Assembly: GCA_002269645.1 (NCBI GenBank)
Contig: NIVC01002530.1
Location: forward strand, 1-41,196
Length of the DNA: 41,196 bases
Source: Macrostomum lignano
Lineage: Eukaryota
Direction of reading: 5' to 3'
Shown: piece after piece, positions 32,430 to 41,196 of the stretch
How the letters are laid out: the number at the start of each line of letters is the position of its first letter
Position numbering within the stretch: position 1 is the first letter of the stretch
The notes under the pieces: generated by a model
The model's input: only the letters and a program-made list of their open reading frames with translations
What the model was told of the DNA's origin: nothing
Databases searched by the model: none
Translations under genes and position numbers: made by a program

Positions 32430-33055
32430 TTCAATTTAACGCAACGCATCAGATAATGTAGTCGCAAGTGCGCTCCATTAAGGACACCACGCCAGACATC
32501 ATCCTGTCGAACAATGCGGACGGGCAGATCGGGTGAAAAAAATGACCAAAGGGTCGCATCACAGGCGTCCAATAAGATAAGAAGGCAAACTGAAGCCTTC
32601 AGCTTTTGGTCGTCGTCGTCTGTATCTTCCAGGCTCTAAAGAAACGGAAGTTTGCGTTAAGAAAAAGCCTGGCCTCCTCGTGCTTCGAAGGATTGTCGTC
32701 GGCCTCGCAGGTGCCCAGATGAACGCTTTTAGCAGCTGGTTCTTCATCTGCACTTAGATCTTAATTTTCATAATTGCCTCCCTCATCATCATCCACAAGT
32801 GCCATGCCATCACTGTTAGCGCTCGTGCCTTCGGTCTTCTTATCTATTTGCTTGCGTTTGCGTGCGAACTTCTCGCGGCTCTTTTGCACGGTAGGACTGC
32901 TACATTCTGATAGGATCTTGCCGCGGAGTTCTTTTAACCGCCGGCTCAATTTTATGCGCCAAAATCGGAGGCCGTCGTCTGAACTGTCGCGAAGGCCCGG
33001 AAGAGTTGTGATGATGGCCGTGCATACATCTCGAATTTCAACACGAGTGTGGTCC
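32430..33055 (-). pseudogene. Decayed ORF resembling DNA-transposon accessory proteins (CACTA/EnSpm-associated, SAMD3-like)
   Basis: One frame reads …EIRDVCTAIITTLPGLRDSSDDGLRFWRIKLSRRLKELRGKIL… and continues through in-frame stops. The P-x-L-R-D…G…W…L…R pattern is recalled from that family, not verified. Confidence 0.35.
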
Positions 33056-33199
33056 TAAATATTTGAAATCATTCAGGCTTGTGCGTGAGACCATTTCCTT
33101 GAGGGTATAATAAGACAAATTGGTCGTCACTAAGCCGTAGATATGCGGTTGGGCCGGGCTAATAATCTGCTAAACGTAATAAAATAAAATCGAATTCCT

Positions 33200-33640
33200 T
33201 CATTGCTTCCTTCATGATCTTCGTCCCTTGCTCAATTTCGTTCGTAGCTCCGACGACGATGGTTCTTGTCGTCGTTTCCTCGTACTTGTCTGCGAGTTGC
33301 GGGGGGGAGGCTATGTCCTGACCTACACGTCCAGCGAATTCCAAAAGTTTGGTCGGTTCCGTCGGCTGCGGCCTTTCTTTGGCACGACGTATAGCGGCTT
33401 GGTGGTATATGTTGAACAGTACCGGCGATGTGGCACATCCTTCTCTCAGTCCCCGCTGTGGGTAGGAGGGTGTGCTTTTTTCTTCGTCAGAGATGACCAC
33501 ATACGCCGTTGCCTCGTGCAGATCTCGTAGCTTGTCGATAGCCGTCGCTGGCATTCCGTAGTGCGTAAGGAGTTGCCACAACGCCGGTTTATTGACGCGC
33601 GGGTAGGCTTTGCGGAGGTCGAGCAACTTGATGCTACAGT
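33200..33640 (-). mobile_element. Non-LTR retrotransposon (RTE-like) reverse transcriptase fragment, decayed
   Basis: LLDLRKAYPRVNKPALWQLLTHYGMP…LHE…GLREGCATSPVLFNIY matches RT motifs 3-4; the YADD region is scrambled. Confidence 0.78.
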
Positions 33641-33752
33641 CGCAGGTCAGGTGGAAAGGGTTTTTGTTCCATGCCATTGCTGTAGTCGCGGATGCAAGCT
33701 ATAACAAGAATGATGACGGATGCCAGGACAATTTCCACTGCCTAAGAGAAAT

Positions 33753-34410
33753 TGAAATATTTTAAAATATATGTTATTGTTCTTCTTCTGGTCTCTCACT
33801 TCTATGGCTCTTGTTCTACTTCAAATATCAATGTGAGAGCCAAATAACTGAGGCGGCGGATTCAACTGACTTTTCCTGATGATGCAAACACTTGATGGTA
33901 ACTTACAGACCGTTGTATTTGATGGTCACAATCTCGAGATGTTTTCTCACAAAATATAATGTCTAAGGTGGAATTCCAAATAAGAAGCTCGTTCGATTTA
34001 AGTCACAAGGTGTTTCTAGTTGTTCGGGTGAACCGAAGGTTCAGTCTATTGTGAAACGTGGATTGGGTGTTGGTTTGGCTTTAGTAAGTCGACTTATAAG
34101 TTTTGGTGTTTGGGTTGAGACCCTAACTGTGTCAATCAAAATAGTCAAACGAGGTAAGCTAGGAGAATGGCGAAGGAGAGGCAAGGGCGTGGAGAGGCGG
34201 AGCGAGCAGAAAAAAGGGCGAGCTTCTTGCTTGGTTAACATGAGCTTTTATAGTACTTTTCAGTCTTGATCGCATTGGATGGTACATAACTGCTTTTCAT
34301 TGGTTGAGGTTGGGGTCGTGTCCTCAGCTTTTGCTATTTGGAGCGCATTCATTGGTTAAAATACATTCAATCTGGATGGGAGCTTTCTAGAGCCAAAATG
34401 TATCACTTCA
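33753..34410 (-). mobile_element. 3' LTR of Gypsy element 2 (658 bp, TGAA…TTCA)
   Basis: Homology to the solo LTR at 20063-20703 defines the ends. Terminal inverted TGAA/TTCA; CCAAT x2 and TATAAAA on the minus strand; purine tract GAAAAATAGAGCGAA (34425-34411) directly upstream, in the same orientation as pol. Confidence 0.8.
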
Positions 34411-35053
34411 TTCGCTCTATTTTTCGGGGAAGCGAGGCCCTCCGAGCGCATAAAAACAGAAAAAGAATAGTAGGGGGTTAAAATTGATAAAATTGCAGAA
34501 AAAGATAACGCATTGTAGTGAACGAGAAAAGTTGTCGCAGAAAAAATAGTGCGCAGTGAATAATGTTAGCAAAAATGTTTGAGTAAAAGGGAACCAATTT
34601 AAGCAAGGTAACATAGGTTAAAGTACAACATCAGTTTAAATAGCGAAAGAAGGGATAGCGCAGAGGGCCTTTAGTTAGGCTAAGCTAAACTAGCTAAGCA
34701 AGGATGGAATAAAACGCAGCGAGGGTAACCAAAAAATCGATAAAATGGGTGTACAGAGCAAAATGGAGGTTTAGCGACGCAAGCTTAAAGTGAAAACGCG
34801 GTGAGTTAAAAGGAGGGTAATAAAAATCATTGTACATCGAAAGTTGGGGGGGGGGTTAGCGAGGAACCGCTCAGCTAATAAATCATGTACAAAGTAGAGG
34901 TTAAAATTTTAACTGGGGAAACGAAAAAGATAAAAATTCTAGGAAAAATTGTACAGTCCAAAGGGGGTATATAACACAAGGCTTTAAAATGGAGCAAGGC
35001 GAGTTAAGCGATTTTTTGACTGACGGTTAATAATCAAGTAAATTCGATTCATC

Positions 35054-35314
35054 ATGAGCACAAGGAAGAACTTGCGGTTTTTGCTAGGCGACTTAGCAAA
35101 GCGGTCCCAAGATGATTGGGACCTTGGCGACAGGCGGTGGGCGATCACGCTCGTCCTTCTCGCTGTGCTGGGAGTGCTGGTGCTGCTGCTGCTGCTGTGC
35201 CAATGTTGCCGTTGCTGTCGTTGTTGTCGGCGCAACTGCTGCAGGTCGGGCGCGCCTGGAGCGTCGACTGCGGTAGCAGATGTGGAGGCGCCGCCAGCGG
35301 AGTCGGTGGTGTAA
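35054..35314 (+). CDS. Putative 86-aa single-pass membrane protein with a Cys/Arg-rich juxtamembrane cluster (antisense to pol)
   Basis: ATCATGA start; TM segment WAITLVLLAVLGVLVLLLLL followed by CQCCRCCRCCRRNCCR; TATATAA at 34968-34974. Competing overlapping minus-strand ORFs exist. Confidence 0.45.
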   Translation: MSTRKNLRFLLGDLAKRSQDDWDLGDRRWAITLVLLAVLGVLVLLLLLCQCCRCCRCCRRNCCRSGAPGASTAVADVEAPPAESVV

Positions 35315-35861
35315 GAGCCGAGCTGCTTTGCTGGTTCGTCCGGCCTTCTGAACGCAACAACGGCCCTTTTCAGGGCCACCACTTGATGTGATGCCGAAGT
35401 TGTCAGATAAGCAGACTGTGCAGTCATGAAGGAACAAACGTTGTTGAGCCGTATGCTTTAGTGCTAGTTGGTTGACTTAGGTGAAAGCAGCGCCAGGGAC
35501 AGAGCGATTTGCAGAGACCAGGCATAGTGTAGGGCGATGGCTGCGTAGATCAAGGTTGTGGCTTGAATCCGGTTGAAGCAGCGCCAGAGACAGCAATTGG
35601 CAGTGACCAGGCACAGAGCAGCAGTCGTGTAGGTCAGGGTTGGGCAGGGTTGAGCAGGGTTGAGCAGGGTTGAGCAGGCTAGCGCGTGATGACTTTTGAA
35701 AAAGCAGTTGACAGAATAACAGAAAAAATAACATAAGCTTTACACAAGTGAGCGCAAAAGAGTGGAGGAGTAATTAATAGGCAGATAAATGAAAAATATT
35801 TTGAGTATTTTTGAACAATTTTTTGTAGTGTTTCAGCGCTCAATATTGAAGAAAAAGCGGA

Positions 35862-36818
35862 TTAAAATAGTGAGCGATGATGGTGAATCAAGTCATAAAA
35901 AAGAGCGTATGCCAGTCGAGCAAAATTAATATTAAGATCAGCAGGAGGAGAATGCTGAATACGCTTGGTGGGGAAGGTATGAAGAGCAGCATACTCTGGC
36001 AAGGTGTTAGGGTAGCCAACATGAGCATTTCGTACACGGTGAATATTGTATAAATATCGATGAAGCGGAGGACAAGAAAAAGGGAAGATAGTATGGGCAA
36101 CTACCGAGCGAGAATAAAAATCGATAATTATAAAGGCAAAGTTTCTTGAACGCGTTGAGAGAATGAAAACAGCGTGGGTGAAGAAAAAATTGTGCGGATA
36201 CAGACGATTTAGCGTGCGTATGATAGCGCTCTTAGTAGCACGAGGAAAAAACGGAGGAAAAATTTGATAAACATAAGGGGCGAGAGAATCGAAAGAGGTT
36301 AAATAATTTTGGAGCGTAGAAGTTAATTTTTGCGCCGAAAGATTAGCAGCATAATGGCGGAATTGTTGCCATGGGTAGCGCAGAGAGGAAAGCAGCAAAG
36401 GCCAAGTGTCTTGGTTAAAGCGCAGGCATGATTGAGGGAGAGTAGAAGCAGAGAGTTGGAAGAAATCGTCGATAGACATATCAGGAGAGAAAAGAAAATG
36501 TATGATTGGTACGAAGCTGCGGCTGAGAACATCATTCATAGTGGGAGAAAAGTTCTGTATACGTGGTCGTGAGTGAGTACGACGCAGCACACCAAATAGA
36601 CTAATTCGCAGAACGCGGAGCATCTTAGGATAAAAACGATGGCAGCGGATAACATAAAAACGCGAGAAGAAAGCGGAGGCCATGCGTAGCCGTTGGGGTT
36701 CACCAATAGTTTCAGAATAAAATATTGCTTCAGTGAACCAAGCAACAACGGTTGCGAGGCAAATAAGATCATGATTTAACTGTGGTCGGATATCCACTGG
36801 TTGCGGAAATGGATCCAT
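35862..36818 (-). CDS. ORF3 of Gypsy 2: unknown 318-aa protein (MDPFPQPVDIRPQ…)
   Basis: Uninterrupted 957-nt frame downstream of integrase (open from 37127). Candidate splice acceptor (polypyrimidine tract plus TTGCAG) at 36881-36880. No recognisable family. Confidence 0.65.
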   Translation of the reverse strand: MDPFPQPVDIRPQLNHDLICLATVVAWFTEAIFYSETIGEPQRLRMASAFFSRFYVIRCHRFYPKMLRVLRISLFGVLRRTHSRPRIQNFSPTMNDVLSRSFVPIIHFLFSPDMSIDDFFQLSASTLPQSCLRFNQDTWPLLLSSLRYPWQQFRHYAANLSAQKLTSTLQNYLTSFDSLAPYVYQIFPPFFPRATKSAIIRTLNRLYPHNFFFTHAVFILSTRSRNFAFIIIDFYSRSVVAHTIFPFSCPPLHRYLYNIHRVRNAHVGYPNTLPEYAALHTFPTKRIQHSPPADLNINFARLAYALFYDLIHHHRSLF

Positions 36819-37123
36819 AAGAGAAAGGAAAAAGGAGAAAAGCAATAGATACACAAAATATTGATTTAGCGTGTGAGCTCTGCAATGTAAAGAGGGAAAA
36901 GAGAGAAATTTTTGTAGCTTTTGTTGATAAAACGGAAAATAAAAGTTCATTTGTGTCAGTTTGTCAATACTCGTAGTCACGTAAAGAGTCGCAATGCAGG
37001 GAGAGAGAGCAAAATTGTTAGAAAAGAAGGAAAAAAGCAGAAGAGAAAGAAAGGAAGAGAAAGCAATATTGTCAGTCAAGGAAAAGAAAGGAGAAAAGAA
37101 ATTTAGAAGATTTTTTTTATCAT

Positions 37124-40100
37124 TCACGACTTCTTGTTCTTCGATCTTAGGTTGTAGCCGTGCGTCTGTGGCTGACCTGGTGGCTCATCAGTGGACGTGG
37201 TTTGCAGCGCGATGGACTTGCTCAATGGCGGCCGATGGTTGTGGTGGACCTGAATGTCATCAGTTGTGAACTCAGGTAGGTGACTAGGTCCAGCGCTGAG
37301 TCCATCTCCAGGCCAAGGTTTGAGCTTGGAGGCATGTACCACGATTGGTCGTTCGCTTGGCCGGTTGACATCAGAAATCAGTGCGTTCTGATCGGAGAGC
37401 CATGCTAATAGACGCATTGGGCCACGATAAGGATTGGAGAATTTTGTCTCCTTTGTTGCTGAGACATCCAAGTAGCATCGTGCACCTGGGCGTATGTAGC
37501 GGCGGTTGATCTTCTTGTCAGAGTTTTCAGCGCGCTGTTCAGCTGAGTTGTGCAGAAGTTCCTTGGCGACTTCTCTGGCAAGCAAAATAGCTGAACAGGT
37601 CAAATTGACTGGTTTAATAACGTCCATGTATGCAGTTGTCTGGTGTTCCATGATCCGTGCGTTGGGTGGCAGAAAGTCTCGAGCGAAGAACAGGTAGAAT
37701 GGTGATTCGTTCATCGTTGAGTGAGCGGCGGTATTGATTGCTAGTGTCACCGCGGGTAGGAAGTCAATCCAGAGATCTGGTTTGTCATGGACAAAGGCCG
37801 TAAGAGTTTGCTTCAGTGTCTTGTGTGCGCGTTCGACGAAGTTGCTAGATGGTTGGTACACCGAGGTGTAGATCAGGTGTATTCCAAGGGCACCCATAAA
37901 CTCTCGAAATTCTTGCGAGATGAATTGGGGTCCATTGTCTGAGATGATGTGTGCTGGTAGTCCTGCGAAAGCGAACACACGGTTGAAGAGGTTGTTGCAG
38001 ATAGTTGCAGAAGTTGTCTCAGTTAGCGGGATAGTGAACAGGAATTTGCTAACGCCGCATTGGGCCGTGAGTATGTACTTGTAGACGTCGCGGCCGTGGG
38101 AAGCTGGTGGCAGTGGTCCTACAAGGTCGATAGCCAAATGAGAAAAAACCTCGTTGAATTTGACGGCTTTGTGCAGCGGTCGCAGTCGAGGTGCTGTTTT
38201 CGCTTTGTGGCAGACTTCGCAGTTGTTAACGAAATTGAAGACGTCTTGCCGTAGTGTAGGCCAGTAATAGAAGTGATTGATTTTGTCAGCTGTCTTTTGG
38301 TGACCTAGATGACCACCAAGGGCTGTCGAGTGGTTACTGGTCAAAAGAGCTTCACGGTAGCGTGTTGGTATCACGAGGCGGCTTCGTCCTTCGTCATCTT
38401 CAAAGTATAGAGTGTTTCCGTCCAGGAAATAACGTGCCAGGTGTCGGCGAACATATTGTTGGTCTTTCTTGGACAGCTCGTGAGTGGGTGATTTTTCCGA
38501 TAGAAGTGCTTTGATTGTTGACAGTAATGGGTCTTGATCAATGGCATCCTGCAGTCCGTTGAATGTTGACAGCGATTGTATCTGACAGACTTTGGGATGC
38601 GTGAAAGGCAGTCCGCTTCTACGTTTGATTTGCCTTTCACATAGTTGAGAGTGAAGTTGTAATCTTGTAGCGCTAGAATCCACTTCTGAAGTCGTTTTGA
38701 GATAGGTTGCTTGTCACTGAATAGACTCTTGAGTGGCTGGTGATCAGTGAAGACGTGGAATTGTTGGTAAGAGGCGTAGAGGAACACGTGTAGCTTCTTT
38801 ATTGCCCAATAGATGGCGTATGCTTCGCGTTCAATCGGTGGATAGCGTTGTTCGGTTGGACTTAACGTCTTAGAAATGTAGGCAACCGGGCGTTGGTGGT
38901 TGCTGTCGTCTAGCTGTGAGAGTACTGCTCCAATGGCGGTATCCGAAGCATCAGTGTGCAGAAAGTACGGTTTTCGCGGATTTGGATGAACCAGTAGTAT
39001 ATCCGTAGAGAGAAGTTGTTTCAGCTTTTCAAAGGCTGCTTGGGCGGCGTTTGTCCAGACGAATTTGTTAGGCTTCGAAGTATTTTTGATGATACTCAGA
39101 AGTGGTTGTACTACTCGTGAGTAGCCAGCAATGTGCGTTCGGTAGAAATTTGCAAGTCCAAGGAAAGATTGTAGTTGTTTAACCGTTTGAGGCACAGGGA
39201 AGGTCTTGATTTTCTCGATGAGGCTGGGTGCGGGTCTAATGCCTTGAGCAGAAACCACAAATCCAAGATATTGTACCTCTGTTTTGGCAAAGATGCATTT
39301 TCGTAGTGAAATTCGCAATCCATGATGTCGTAACTTTTGGAAGAAGCGTTCGATTTCTTTGAGCATGCCGGTGAAGTCTTCGGCGATGAGCATGACGTCA
39401 TCCAAGTAGGCAATCTGATTTGGAGAGTCAGCTGTTAACAATGCTACAAGACGGCACATTAAGCTAGGACTGGACTTGAGTCCTTGAGGTAGTCGATTGA
39501 ATTCCCAAAGTAGGCCGTTGGGTGCAATGAACGCAGTGTATTTTGTGCTTTCTGGATCGATCCGAACTTGGTAGAAAGCATCTGCTAGGTCACAGAGTGT
39601 GTACAGTTTAGCGTTTTTCAATCGATGTAGCAAATCCGGAATCTTAGGAGGTCGGATGCTAGGAGCACGAATTAGCTTGTTCAGTTTTCGGTAATCCGTC
39701 ACGAGTCTTAGTTGTCGGCGACCTTGAGCGTCGAGCGTCTTCTTTTCCACGAGAAGACATGGACTTGAGTATTCCGATTCACTCGGACTGATGATTCCTT
39801 TTTGACGGAAGTTTTCGATGAGCTCATCAAACCGTTCTTGTAGTCCATGAGCGATTGGATAGGGTCTGGACGTGACTGGCTCAGAGTGTGGGTGTAGATG
39901 CAGGTGAGCCGTGTATTGGGTAGAGCAACCCATGTCGGTTGGCAGTAGTGCCAAGACGTCACGGTACTTGTTCATTAGAGTAACTAATTGTTCACTCTGC
40001 TCGGTTGAGAGGTGCTGGTTGGCTTGTTTGAGTTGAGTACGGATCATGTCAGTCGTAGGTGCTTCTTGTTGCAGCGTGCGGAGACTGTTGATTTGAGCTG

Positions 40101-40836
40101 CTGGGCGCACGATGTTGTAGTCAGACATGTTAGCCAGATTCCAATGACTTGTTGAGGATGCAAGGTTTGCGTTGTCAGCGACGGGTTGGCAATTTCCACA
40201 GTGATAGTTTGTCCGTCCGGGTTGACGAAACAAGGCAAGTTGGTATCATCAACTGGTGTTTTCTGGATCGTGTGGTCCTTAGGGACGAACAGGACAGGAA
40301 TCGTTGGCTCATGTCGAGAAGAGAGTTTCAGCGTGACTTGGTGCGTTGTCTGTGGTGGTAACTCTAGCTTGTTTTGCATCACCGCAGAGGTTTCTTGCAA
40401 CTGTTGGATGGAGTTGAGCATCGCAAATTGCTCATTGCCAAGCTTAGCTGTCGCTTTCGAGTAGTCGAATTGTAGTGGTATTCCCAGTGACTTAAAGGTT
40501 TCTACTCCTAAGAGGCAAATCATAGTCAGCGTCGGGGGTGTCGAGCACAAAGGCCGATATCTTGTGGTTGCGTCCATCGATTTCGAGATCAAAAGTAGCC
40601 TTTTTGTTGAGGTTTAGTTGTTGTCCTCCTGCACAAATGGCGTTCATGTTGGTGTCTTGTAATGGTACTCGAAGCTTTTTGGCGAATGCCGGTGAGATGC
40701 AGGAGATCGAGGCGCCGCTGTCAATGAGGGCGGTGCATCTGTGTCGAGTATGCGGTGCGTTGCGGCACCACAGTTGATCATAGTTGCTGTTGTTAGATGC
40801 TTCAAAACAAAGGCGTATGAGTAGTTTGCTGGCCAT
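37124..40836 (-). CDS. Pol of Gypsy 2 (protease, linker, RT, RNase H, integrase with GPY/F), split by three apparent 1-bp frameshifts at about 40518, 40140 and 38593
   Basis: ALIDSGAS; RLVTDYRKLN, CDLADAFYQ, RLPQG, YLDD; TDAS…IEREA…TDHQPL; H..GGH/CEVC, AIDLVGP, SDNGPQF, VERAH; PYRGP; ends GYNLRSKNKKS*. Confidence 0.92.
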
Positions 40837-40941
40837 TTTGGAACTTTAGGTTCTGGCGGTGGTCTCCGTGGTGGCGGAAGGGTGGCACGAAGTTCAATCG
40901 TTTCGATGGTGCCGAGGGTGTTGGCGCTTGTCTCGGTGGTA

Positions 40942-41196
40942 TCAGTTGCTGTTGTTGGGAGTATCGTTTCGTGATTCCACTCGAGTTGGAGTTCGTTGTT
41001 GGCCGCAGCACTTGTATAGTGTGCGTTCTGCCGTACGGATGGTGCTGGCGACGCAGAGTCGGCCAAGATTGCACACGAAGATAATAACGGCAATGTAGAC
41101 GATTACAGCTGCTGTTAAGACGAACTTTTCTTGATAGTTTGCGACTAGTCGATCCCAGTTGAATATCGACGAAGACATAGATTGAAGAGAGCGAGT
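40942..41196 (-). CDS. Transmembrane-segment ORF immediately upstream of protease (frame open to the window edge)
   Basis: …SSSIFNWDRLVANYQEKFVLTAAVIVYIAVIIFVCNLGRLC…KCC…: a 19-residue hydrophobic stretch with downstream Cys; no gag knuckle here. Confidence 0.45.
   Translation of the reverse strand, partial: TRSLQSMSSSIFNWDRLVANYQEKFVLTAAVIVYIAVIIFVCNLGRLCVASTIRTAERTLYKCCGQQRTPTRVESRNDTPNNSN

Larger units (their letters stand above)
33753..41196 (-). mobile_element. Ty3/gypsy LTR retrotransposon 2 with accessory ORFs (5' part beyond the window)
   Basis: PR-linker-RT-RH-IN order on the minus strand, followed by 2.7 kb of extra sequence, a PPT and an LTR. Confidence 0.85.

Noticed and set aside
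38590-40520. Programmed ribosomal frameshifts in Gypsy-2 pol
   Set aside because: Three shifts fall within normally continuous pol domains with no slippery heptamer evident; sequencing error or decay is more parsimonious.

Overview
Animal (invertebrate) genomic window. The GC-rich exons, dense intronic minisatellites and scattered 1-bp indels resemble a long-read flatworm assembly such as Macrostomum, but species identity is only an inference. Host genes: the 5' part of USP10 (minus strand, runs off the left edge); a LASP1/nebulette-like LIM-nebulin-SH3 gene (minus; 8 exons that splice in frame, first LIM exon not found); an intronless cortactin CDS (plus); and the first two exons of CCDC148 (plus). 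About 8 kb (~20%) consists of about a dozen unrelated tandem arrays. Mobile DNA: a complete, very young 4.5-kb Ty3/gypsy element (LTRs 273/274 identical, TTAGC TSD) inserted in a 66-bp minisatellite; a solo LTR with an ATAT TSD; mariner, SINE and RTE-like remnants; and a second, unusual Ty3/gypsy element (33753 to beyond the right edge, minus). The second element is the best candidate for something new: it has a transmembrane ORF directly upstream of protease, a 318-aa unknown ORF after integrase, and an antisense small TM/Cys-rich/basic ORF with a FAST-fusogen-like layout before its 3' LTR. A sharply CpG-depleted domain (19-24 kb) and a directional C>T/G>A bias in the solo LTR also stand out.
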